Shown one piece after another: positions 38,151 to 45,648 of a stretch of 61,604 nucleotides of DNA. The notes under the pieces were generated by a model. That model ran no database searches, was not told the origin of the DNA, and saw only the letters and a program-made list of their open reading frames with translations. Positions within the stretch are counted from its first letter, which is position 1; each line of letters opens with the position of its first letter. Location of the stretch: positions 1 to 61,604 of the forward strand of contig CAAEBO010000045.1 of the NCBI GenBank assembly GCA_900754085.1, written 5' to 3'. The stretch comes from Clostridia bacterium (GTDB lineage Bacteria; Bacillota; Clostridia; TANB77; CAG-508). The translations under genes were made by a program, and so were the position numbers.

Positions 38151-38293
38151 TATAATAATTGCATATGCCATATGGAAAGAATAGAAAGCAAAATCTTTTT
38201 TGTGATATACTTAAGTTCATTAATATATATGGATTTTCAGAAATCAAGAAAATTTAATAAAGCAGAATGACTAAAAAAGTACATTGATATATA

Positions 38294-38322
38294 GGGCAAA
38301 AAAGGAACGTCCCTGAAATTCC
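38294..38322 (-). repeat. decayed REP-like element (reverse orientation)
   Basis: GGGCAAAAAAGGAACGTCCCTGAAATTCC: about 19 of 29 positions match the reverse-orientation consensus. The left arm has lost complementarity. Confidence 0.45.
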
Positions 38323-38341
38323 TATAAGAGGAGTTATACAA

Positions 38342-38656
38342 ATGAAAATGACATGGATAACTAGAAGAATGAGTTATGAACAAATTAAGCCTAATAAGCA
38401 AATAAGATATATGCAAATATTACAAAGATTATGTTTGGGGAATAAGTCTGCGAAAGAGATTGCTGTGGAATTGTATAATTTAAATTTGGCAAGTACCGAT
38501 GAACGCAATGTTGCGGCGCCTAGATTAACAGAGTTAGAAAAGTTGGGATTTGTGGAAGAAACAGCAAAGAAAATATGTGAATATACAGGGAGAACTGTAA
38601 CTGTATATAAGATTACGAAAAAAGAATTTGAATTTATACATAAAGTAAATCAATGA
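38342..38656 (+). CDS. small winged-helix DNA-binding protein (MarR/ArsR-like), function unknown
   Basis: AGAGGAG RBS. 104 aa. KSAKEIAVEL...NVAAPRLTELEKLGFVEE...TGRTVTVYKIT looks like HTH plus wing. Contains locally GC-rich codons unusual for this window. Confidence 0.5.
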   Translation: MKMTWITRRMSYEQIKPNKQIRYMQILQRLCLGNKSAKEIAVELYNLNLASTDERNVAAPRLTELEKLGFVEETAKKICEYTGRTVTVYKITKKEFEFIHKVNQ

Positions 38657-38718
38657 ATACGTAAAAAAGAAAATGTAATATAAACTTAATAGTAAGAGCT
38701 GAATATGAAAGAAATATA

Positions 38719-38747
38719 GGGATTTTAAGGTACGTCCCCAAAATCCC
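38719..38747 (-). repeat. REP-like element, reverse copy, ACGTACC centre variant (right boundary of RAYT cassette; 3' of porB)
   Basis: GGGATTTTAAGGTACGTCCCCAAAATCCC, 8 nt beyond the stop of the minus-strand porB. Confidence 0.9.
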
Positions 38748-38755
38748 TACTTATA

Positions 38756-39709
38756 TTATTCTTTGTTTGTTAATTCTTCTAACAATAGTAATTCTTCCCA
38801 TCTACTGTCTACAATTTTTTGGAAGTCTTCTATCATCCATTCATTACCAGGTTTAAACATATGTCTAAAGCGTTTTTGTGGTTTTAAGAATTCTTCTATA
38901 GGAAGTTTTTTTGCAGGTTTATATGTTATTTTATATTTTCCATCTACAACTTCGTATAATGGCCAATAACATGTATCTGCTGCTAATTTGTTAATTTGCA
39001 TTAAATCTTCTGTTGGGTATCCCCATCCTCTTGGGCAAGGTGCTAATACATTTAAAAATGTTGGACCTTCTGTATATATTGCTTTTTCAGCTTTTTCGTA
39101 TAAATCTTTAAAGTTATTCATTGCAATTGTTTGTGCAACATATGGTAGATGATGTGCTACCATTATTTTTGCTAAATCTTTTCTTGCTTGTGACTTACCA
39201 GGCACTACTGTTCCAGCAGGTGAAGTGGTTGTATCTGCATATTTTGGTGTTGCAGAAGAACGTTGAATACCTGTGTTCATGTAGGCACCATTGTCATAAC
39301 ATACATATAACATGTCATGGCCTCTTTCCATAGCACCAGAAAGTGATTGTAAACCTATGTCATAAGTTCCACCATCTCCACCAAAGGCAATAAACTTAGT
39401 ATGTTTATCATCTTCTATCTTACCTTGTCTTTTTAGAGCTTTATATGCAGCTTCTACACCAGACAAAGTACTTCCTGCATTTTCAAAAGCTGTATGAATA
39501 AAAGAATCTGTCCATGATGTATATGGGTAAGTAAATGTAGAAACTTCCATACAACCAGTAGCACCAGCGATTACAGCATGGTCTTCAGGTTTTACAGCAC
39601 GTAAAATCATTCTAGCAACTGGTGGAGCTCCACATCCTGCACACATTTTGTGACCTTCTGAAAAACGTGAAGGTTTTGTTGCAACTACTTCTTTTAAATT
39701 ATATGCCAT
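38756..39709 (-). CDS. porB: 2-oxoacid (pyruvate/ketoisovalerate):ferredoxin oxidoreductase, beta (TPP-binding) subunit
   Basis: CAGCGAP, GATGC, FGGDGGTYDIGLQSLS (TPP motif), YDNGAYMNTGIQ. Confidence 0.85.
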   Translation of the reverse strand: MAYNLKEVVATKPSRFSEGHKMCAGCGAPPVARMILRAVKPEDHAVIAGATGCMEVSTFTYPYTSWTDSFIHTAFENAGSTLSGVEAAYKALKRQGKIEDDKHTKFIAFGGDGGTYDIGLQSLSGAMERGHDMLYVCYDNGAYMNTGIQRSSATPKYADTTTSPAGTVVPGKSQARKDLAKIMVAHHLPYVAQTIAMNNFKDLYEKAEKAIYTEGPTFLNVLAPCPRGWGYPTEDLMQINKLAADTCYWPLYEVVDGKYKITYKPAKKLPIEEFLKPQKRFRHMFKPGNEWMIEDFQKIVDSRWEELLLLEELTNKE

Positions 39710-39711
39710 TA

Positions 39712-40905
39712 TTATTCAGCTCCTTTCGTTCTTAATCCTAAATATCTATATGGATTATCTATTTTTCCTGTTTTTACAATGTCTTCTAAGTCTGTATAAA
39801 CTTTTTCTATGTCATCACATTTTGTATCTCTTCCACCAATACCATAAATATAGCTTACAGTAGGAACATTAATATTATTTACATACATACCAGATGTAAT
39901 ATCTGTAAATAATGCACCACCAGCGGCATTTAAAGAATCAGCTTTATCTAAAACTGCAACAGCTTTTAAATGAGAAAGAGCTTTTGCAATTTCTTCAGCA
40001 GGGAAAGGTCTAAATACACGAACTTTTAAAAGACCTGCTTTAATGCCTTTACTACGTAAATCATCTACTACAAATTTTGCAGTACCAGCTGTAGAATTCA
40101 TACAAACTATAGCAATTTCTGCATCATCCAATTTGTATTCTTCAAATAAATTATATTTTCTACCAGTTAATTTTTCGAATTCTTCAGCTACTTCTAAAAT
40201 AACTTTTTTAGCATTTTTCATAGCTTCAGCTTGAGCAGCTTTATGCTCAAATAAATATCCTTGTAAATCTAAAGGTCCCATAGATATAGGCTCATTATGA
40301 TTTAATAAATAGTGATCTGGCTTATATGTTCCAACAAAATCTTTTACTTTATCATCTTCTAATAAGTCGATTGTTTCTATAGAATGTGATGTAATAAACC
40401 CATCTTGGCATACCATTAAAGGTAATAATACATCTTTATGTTCTGCAATTCTGTGAGCCATTAATAAGTTATCATAAGCTTCTTGATTATTTTCAGAAAA
40501 TAACATTATCCAACCAGCATCTCTAACACCCATTGCATCAGAATGGTCATTATGAATATTTAATGGACCAGATACAGCACGGTTTACAAGTGACATAACT
40601 ATTGGTAAACGTAGAGATGAAGCTATATATATCATTTCCCACATAAAAGATAAACCATTTGAAGATGTAGCAGTCATAGCTCTAGAACCAGCAGCTTCTG
40701 CTCCAACACATGCACTCATTGCACTATGCTCACTTTCTACTGCAACAAATTCTGTATCAACAGAACCATTGCTAACAAAAGTAGAAAAATATTGTGGTAT
40801 TTCTGTTGACGGTGTAATAGGGAATGCAGCAACAACATCTGGATTTATTTGTTTCATAGCTGTAGCTGCAGCTTCATTACCACTTAAACGTTCTCTTATA
40901 CTCAT
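39712..40905 (-). CDS. porA: 2-oxoacid:ferredoxin oxidoreductase, alpha subunit
   Basis: LSGNEAAATAMKQINPDVVAAFPITPSTEI, ESEHSAMSACVGA. 397 aa. Start is adjacent to the porD stop. Confidence 0.85.
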   Translation of the reverse strand: MSIRERLSGNEAAATAMKQINPDVVAAFPITPSTEIPQYFSTFVSNGSVDTEFVAVESEHSAMSACVGAEAAGSRAMTATSSNGLSFMWEMIYIASSLRLPIVMSLVNRAVSGPLNIHNDHSDAMGVRDAGWIMLFSENNQEAYDNLLMAHRIAEHKDVLLPLMVCQDGFITSHSIETIDLLEDDKVKDFVGTYKPDHYLLNHNEPISMGPLDLQGYLFEHKAAQAEAMKNAKKVILEVAEEFEKLTGRKYNLFEEYKLDDAEIAIVCMNSTAGTAKFVVDDLRSKGIKAGLLKVRVFRPFPAEEIAKALSHLKAVAVLDKADSLNAAGGALFTDITSGMYVNNINVPTVSYIYGIGGRDTKCDDIEKVYTDLEDIVKTGKIDNPYRYLGLRTKGAE

Positions 40906-41210
40906 TATTCAATTCCCTCCTCTACCATTGAAATTGCTTTAAAAGGACAAACTTTTGCACATACGCCACATCCTTTGCAATAGTCGTAATTAAAATCTGT
41001 TCTTTTCATATCTTCTCCAACTGGAATTGCATTTTCTGGGCAAACAGGGAAGCATAAACCACATTGTCTACATTTTTCACTATCAAATACAGGTTTCATA
41101 CTTCTCCAATCACCAGTTTTTATCTCACGAGAGTTTCCAGCTGTATATATTGTTCCTCCAACTGTCATATCTTCCATTGGAGTTGAATTATTTATATTTG
41201 TTTTATCCAT
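40905..41210 (-). CDS. porD: 2-oxoacid:ferredoxin oxidoreductase, delta (2x[4Fe-4S]) subunit
   Basis: CRQCGLCFPVCP and CKGCGVCAKVCP; 101 aa. Confidence 0.85.
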   Translation of the reverse strand: MDKTNINNSTPMEDMTVGGTIYTAGNSREIKTGDWRSMKPVFDSEKCRQCGLCFPVCPENAIPVGEDMKRTDFNYDYCKGCGVCAKVCPFKAISMVEEGIE

Positions 41211-41261
41211 TATCTAAACTCCTTTCTTAATATTATAAATACTTCTATAAGATTTGTAATA

Positions 41262-41290
41262 GGGATTTTAAGGACCGTCCCCGAAATCCC
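41262..41290 (-). repeat. REP-like element, reverse copy, inside the por operon (between gamma and delta genes)
   Basis: GGGATTTTAAGGACCGTCCCCGAAATCCC, 3 nt beyond the porC stop. Reverse complement is identical to the copy at 55620. Confidence 0.9.
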
Positions 41291-41293
41291 CTT

Positions 41294-41875
41294 CTATTGT
41301 ACTTTTATAACTTTTTGTAAGGCTATTTCTAAGGCTTTCATATTTCCTTCTATAACTTCTGGTTTTTTTGCAAATTTGTGTTTAAATGAACCTTCCATGT
41401 CATTTAAAAAGTCATTTTCAGGAATAATTCCTGTTACTTTAACAACTGCTGCAAGCATAGGTGTATTAGGAAAATATTTTCCTAATGCTTCTATAGATAC
41501 TGTTCTTGCATCTATTGTGTATATGTGTCCTTTATATCCTTTTAATAATTTTTTTAAAGTTTCTCCATCTTTTGTTGTATTAATAATAATTGCTCCAGAT
41601 TCTTTTAATCCTGCAGTTACATCTACGGAATGTAATAAAGTATCATCAACAACTACTACATAATCTGGGTTGTAAATATTACAATGTATTCTAATAGGCA
41701 TTGTACTAATTCTATTGTAGGCGGTTATTGGTGCTCCCATTCTTTCGGCACCATATTCAGGAAATCCTTGTATGTATTTACCTGTATTAAAAGCTGCATC
41801 AGCTAATAATAAAGAAGCTGTTTTTGCACCTTGGCCACCTCTACCATGCCATCTAATTTCGATTAAATTATCCAT
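41294..41875 (-). CDS. porC: 2-oxoacid:ferredoxin oxidoreductase, gamma subunit
   Basis: IRWHGRGGQGAKTASLLLA, GFPEYGAERMGAP; 193 aa; GGAGG RBS. Confidence 0.85.
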   Translation of the reverse strand: MDNLIEIRWHGRGGQGAKTASLLLADAAFNTGKYIQGFPEYGAERMGAPITAYNRISTMPIRIHCNIYNPDYVVVVDDTLLHSVDVTAGLKESGAIIINTTKDGETLKKLLKGYKGHIYTIDARTVSIEALGKYFPNTPMLAAVVKVTGIIPENDFLNDMEGSFKHKFAKKPEVIEGNMKALEIALQKVIKVQ

Positions 41876-42143
41876 TGGTATGTAATTACCTCCTTTTAGT
41901 AAATTTGCGTATATATGTATAAATATACACTTAAAGTATATTCTTAAAAGGTGTAAGTGTCAAGAAATTTTCTTAGAATAAATGGTCACTTCAGAAAAAT
42001 AAAACAGGCAAAATGTATCGAATTTATAACAAAAATATATTAGTACAAATATGGTAAATTGTAAAAGTAAAATATAGTCTGTAAAAATAACATCCATTGT
42101 AAAATTATTAGTACAAATACTGCAAAAAAGAGCTTAACATAAA

Positions 42144-42172
42144 TAGACATAAGATAAAAAATATGCTATAAT
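42144..42172 (+). promoter_or_regulatory. promoter P1 of the unknown-function island (TAGACA ... TGcTATAAT)
   Basis: TAGACA (42144-42149), 17-nt spacer, TG-extended TATAAT (42167-42172). 22 of 29 positions identical to the promoter at 43037-43065. Confidence 0.6.
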
Positions 42173-42217
42173 AGGAAAGATGTAACTGTTAATGTAGTTT
42201 TTTATGAGGAGGAAAAA

Positions 42218-42949
42218 ATGATTACAGACTTAACAAGTTTAAACTACAAAGAGGCTTGGAAATATTTTTCCACAGATACAGCAAAGCAACCTATAGGAGA
42301 AGCCACAGAGTATATTGTAGCATTGCGACGGGCGCAGACCATTGATTTAAGAAAAGAAGAGCAAGCCAAAGAAAGAATATTAGGAGCAATTAAACCAAAA
42401 ACTTTAATACTAGTTGATGGTTGTAGCTTAAACGGAAAAACAACTTTTGCTAATAGATTAGCAAGACAAATTAATGCAATAGTTGTAGATGTTGATGAGG
42501 TTTGCTTGAAATGGGTAAATTCACAACTGCAAAGATGTAGAACAAGAAGACAAGTTATGCAAGTACTAATAAATGCAGGAAGGGCAACAGATGAGTATTT
42601 GCTAAATTGTTTAGAAGATTTAATCAGCAGTTATAGCAAAGAAGGTAAGTCGGTAATTTTAGTAGGATATTACGTAGAAATTATTTACCGTTCAATAGTT
42701 GCAAAAACAATTGGTAGCTACTTCGATAATACAGTAAGTTTATTTTGCTGTGAATTGGATTTTCATAAAGTAGAACAATTTATGGAAAAGAGAGCAAACG
42801 AAGGAGAAAGCTTAACATCAAGAGAAGAAATTTTAGAACAGTACCTATTATCTAAAAAACGTGTAGATACAGAAGGAGGAAGACTTCTTGGGTTTGGAAT
42901 GAATTATTCTTTTGTAGTAGATAGTGGAGTTAGTAATTTGTTTGCATAA
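42218..42949 (+). CDS. P-loop NTPase, small-molecule/nucleotide kinase-like (zeta-toxin/AAA_33-like fold suspected)
   Basis: GAGGAGG RBS. Walker A VDGCSLNGKTTF at about residue 67, IVVDVDE about 20 aa later. 243 aa. Visibly richer in G/C codons (e.g. CGACGGGCGCAGACC) than its neighbours. Confidence 0.55.
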   Translation: MITDLTSLNYKEAWKYFSTDTAKQPIGEATEYIVALRRAQTIDLRKEEQAKERILGAIKPKTLILVDGCSLNGKTTFANRLARQINAIVVDVDEVCLKWVNSQLQRCRTRRQVMQVLINAGRATDEYLLNCLEDLISSYSKEGKSVILVGYYVEIIYRSIVAKTIGSYFDNTVSLFCCELDFHKVEQFMEKRANEGESLTSREEILEQYLLSKKRVDTEGGRLLGFGMNYSFVVDSGVSNLFA

Positions 42950-42952
42950 AAA

Positions 42953-42990
42953 AGAGGGATACAAAGAAAGAATCTTTGTATCCCTCTTTT
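42953..42990 (+). terminator. strong rho-independent terminator between the two island genes
   Basis: AGAGGGATACAAAG-AAAGAAT-CTTTGTATCCCTCT plus TTT; 14-bp perfect stem. Confidence 0.8.
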
Positions 42991-43036
42991 ACTGTTTAGA
43001 AGTAATGGGATATGTTACAAACAATGAAAAATAAAG

Positions 43037-43065
43037 TAGACATAAATATAGGAATATGATATAAT
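43037..43065 (+). promoter_or_regulatory. promoter P2 of the island (TAGACA ... TGaTATAAT)
   Basis: TAGACA (43037-43042), 17-nt spacer, TG-extended TATAAT (43060-43065). Confidence 0.6.
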
Positions 43066-43113
43066 TTTTTAGCTAACGCAAAATAGAAAAAAGGTCTAAA
43101 AGGAGGAATTAAA

Positions 43114-44640
43114 ATGATTATTAAAAAAACACTAAGACCAAAAGAATTGAATGAGTTTAACCGGCTTTTTGGAGATTTAAAACACTCCATAAAACCAATT
43201 GAACCTGAAGAATTACTAGTAGAAGTTATGCAAGATAATGAAATAGCTTTTAAAGTAGCAATAATTTCTAAAAACATATTTACCCAGCACGTTACAAAAG
43301 AGGTTAAGTTGATACACAGTCAACTTCTTTCAGTAGTAAAAAATGAAATGAATAGTGTTCAAAAGCAAATTATTAATATGTATTGCAAGTTACAAAGAAA
43401 TGCTTATATTGTACTTTTTGGTGAAGATTTAGTAGCTAATATAGATGAATATACAAGCGTAGATACACTTATTTTAAATGAGCTTTTGGACGAAAGATTT
43501 ATTAAAGATATGAGAGAGCACAAGGAAGAAATAGACCAAGGCCTTGTCATAGAAGAAGAAATATTCGACTTAGAGAGTGACGAAAAGGTGGGGTATATAA
43601 CAAGATATAGTAACTTTAAACGGATGAATATGCCAAAAGAGTTCATAAAAAAAGCGAAGGATTTATCAATTACTGAAGAAGAACTCAATAATATTAAGTT
43701 TTATTATTTAATATTATTGGATATCGCAGTACGTCCATTTTGTGACAATATAGTTCCAATAATGGAATCTAATAGACCTCTTTATAGGTGCTTAAGTAGA
43801 ATTATTAAAAAAATGGACAGCGATTTTAGAGCTTTTTGGCAAGAAGCAGGTAGAGAAATAAAAGAGAGTTACTATAAAGAAGACAAAGAAATAGAAAAAA
43901 TTTATAAAGAATTGCTAGAAGATGTAAATGAAAAACGCGGGAAAGAACTACTAGAAGAAAACAGATTTTTTAATTTAGCAACAGGTATAATTCTCAAAAA
44001 TGAATTACTAATAAGACTATTTCTATCTTTGGAAAAAGAAGAAAAGAATATTGTAATAAATGAAGTTGTTAAATTAGAAAGAAATATTAATAAGTTAATA
44101 GCAAATAAATTAAAAGATTTTATGCCAGAAATGTTATTTATGCCAAATGAATATGAAGAACAAATAAAAGAGATAAATTTTACTATGTATGCTTTTGAAT
44201 TTGCTAAAAAAGAAATCGAAAGAATATTTATGGAAAAAGGACTTTCTAAGCAAGACTGGTATTTCTTTAAGAATATGGCAAATGTTTTCGAGAAAAGAGA
44301 GATGATTATAAAAACATATGAAAAATACCAAAATGCAACTGCAAAAGATTTTTTCATAATAAATAATTTAGCAGTTAATTATAATTTGAATTCTGTAGCA
44401 TCAGTAAATGTAAATTATGCTGAACTATGCAGATATATATTAGCGTATAGTATGGCAATACAAGAACAAACAGAGCAAGACAAAGAAATGATAGAAATAT
44501 GTGATGGCTTTTTTGCTGTAATAAAAATTAAAACTAGACTAAATATTAAGAAAGAAATTATGCTAGAAGTACAAAGAAAGAACGGTGTAAGTGAAGGAAA
44601 GATAAATTTATTTACATTTTTTGTTAATAAAATATTGTAA
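43114..44640 (+). CDS. hypothetical 508-aa protein, probably all-helical, no family recognised
   Basis: AGGAGG RBS. Continuous ORF, K/E/I/L-rich, no TM segment, no catalytic motif I can name. Confidence 0.55.
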   Translation: MIIKKTLRPKELNEFNRLFGDLKHSIKPIEPEELLVEVMQDNEIAFKVAIISKNIFTQHVTKEVKLIHSQLLSVVKNEMNSVQKQIINMYCKLQRNAYIVLFGEDLVANIDEYTSVDTLILNELLDERFIKDMREHKEEIDQGLVIEEEIFDLESDEKVGYITRYSNFKRMNMPKEFIKKAKDLSITEEELNNIKFYYLILLDIAVRPFCDNIVPIMESNRPLYRCLSRIIKKMDSDFRAFWQEAGREIKESYYKEDKEIEKIYKELLEDVNEKRGKELLEENRFFNLATGIILKNELLIRLFLSLEKEEKNIVINEVVKLERNINKLIANKLKDFMPEMLFMPNEYEEQIKEINFTMYAFEFAKKEIERIFMEKGLSKQDWYFFKNMANVFEKREMIIKTYEKYQNATAKDFFIINNLAVNYNLNSVASVNVNYAELCRYILAYSMAIQEQTEQDKEMIEICDGFFAVIKIKTRLNIKKEIMLEVQRKNGVSEGKINLFTFFVNKIL

Positions 44641-44661
44641 TTTTTCATTCTGAAAGAAATT

Positions 44662-44686
44662 GGCGAGGTATTACCTCGTCTTTTTC
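44662..44686 (+). terminator. rho-independent terminator after the 508-aa ORF
   Basis: GGCGAGGT-ATT-ACCTCGTC (includes one G-T) followed by TTTTT. Confidence 0.7.
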
Positions 44687-44744
44687 TGTGAGAAATTTTA
44701 AAAATAAAAAACGATAAATCTTTACGCAAATAAGGCTTCTAACA

Positions 44745-44773
44745 TTGACTTTTTGTAGCTTTTCATATATTAT
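44745..44773 (+). promoter_or_regulatory. sigma-A promoter of minD-minE-rodA
   Basis: TTGACT (44745-44750), 17-nt spacer, TATTAT (44768-44773). Confidence 0.6.
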
Positions 44774-44834
44774 AGTAGTGTCAAATTTTATGTATAGAAG
44801 AGATATAAAAGCACTAACTTAAGGAGGAAGATTT

Positions 44835-45629
44835 ATGGGAGAAGTAATAGTTATAACATCTGGTAAAGGTGGAGTAGGAAAAACTACTACAACAGCTAAT
44901 TTAGGTTCAGCTTTAGCATTAGAAGGTAAAAAAGTAGTATTAGTAGATACAGATATAGGACTTCGTAATTTAGACGTTGTAATGGGACTAGAAAATAGAA
45001 TTGTATACGATATTGTAGATGTTGTAGAAGAAAAATGTAAATTAAGACAAGCTTTAATAAAAGACAAGCGTTTTCAAGAACTATTCCTATTACCAGCTGC
45101 CCAAACAAGAGATAAAAGTGCAATAACAGAAGAACAAATGAGAAAATTAACAGATCAACTAAAAGAAGAATTTGACTATATTTTAATAGACTGTCCAGCA
45201 GGAATAGAACAAGGCTTTAAAAATGCTATTATAGGTGCAGATAAAGCAATAGTTGTTACAATGCCAGAAATTTCAGCAATAAGAGATGCAGATAGAATAA
45301 TAGGTTTATTAGAAGCATCAGAAATAAAAAATCCACAATTAATCATTAATAAATTAAGGCCAGAAATGGCAAGAAAAGGTAAAATGATGGATGTTGACGA
45401 TATAGTGGATTTATTATCAATAGAACTTTTAGGAGTAGTACCAGATGATGAATATGTAATTACTCAAACAAACAAAGGAGAGCCAGTTATATCTAATAGA
45501 AAAGCACCTTCTGGTAAAGCATATATGGAAACTGCTAAGAGACTTTTAGGGGAAGATATAGAAGTAACTATACCAGGAAGAGAAAAAGGATTTTTTGCAG
45601 CTTTAAAGAGATTGTTTAAAAGAAAATAA
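44835..45629 (+). CDS. minD: septum site-determining ATPase MinD
   Basis: VITSGKGGVGKTTTTANLG (deviant Walker A), LIDCPAGIE, C-terminal amphipathic helix GFFAALKRLFKRK. Confidence 0.9.
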   Translation: MGEVIVITSGKGGVGKTTTTANLGSALALEGKKVVLVDTDIGLRNLDVVMGLENRIVYDIVDVVEEKCKLRQALIKDKRFQELFLLPAAQTRDKSAITEEQMRKLTDQLKEEFDYILIDCPAGIEQGFKNAIIGADKAIVVTMPEISAIRDADRIIGLLEASEIKNPQLIINKLRPEMARKGKMMDVDDIVDLLSIELLGVVPDDEYVITQTNKGEPVISNRKAPSGKAYMETAKRLLGEDIEVTIPGREKGFFAALKRLFKRK

Positions 45630-45648
45630 ATAACAGTGGAGGTAGAAT

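Larger units (their letters stand above)
37225..38747. mobile_element. RAYT cassette: REP-associated tyrosine transposase plus wHTH ORF bounded by perfect 29-bp inverted REP copies
   Basis: The terminal 29-mers are exact reverse complements and share a centre variant absent from the other copies. A decayed inverted REP lies at 38294-38322, just 3' of the transposase gene. Confidence 0.65.

Noticed and set aside
38165-38257. 30-codon ORF (MPYGKNRKQNLF...) between the RAYT gene and the wHTH ORF
   Set aside because: No RBS, very short, AT-rich chance ORF.
41965-41980. 16-nt match (AAATTTTCTTAGAATA) to the family-B hairpin core as a third full copy
   Set aside because: Only the core fragment is present and no complementary arm follows. 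Mentioned as a possible remnant only.
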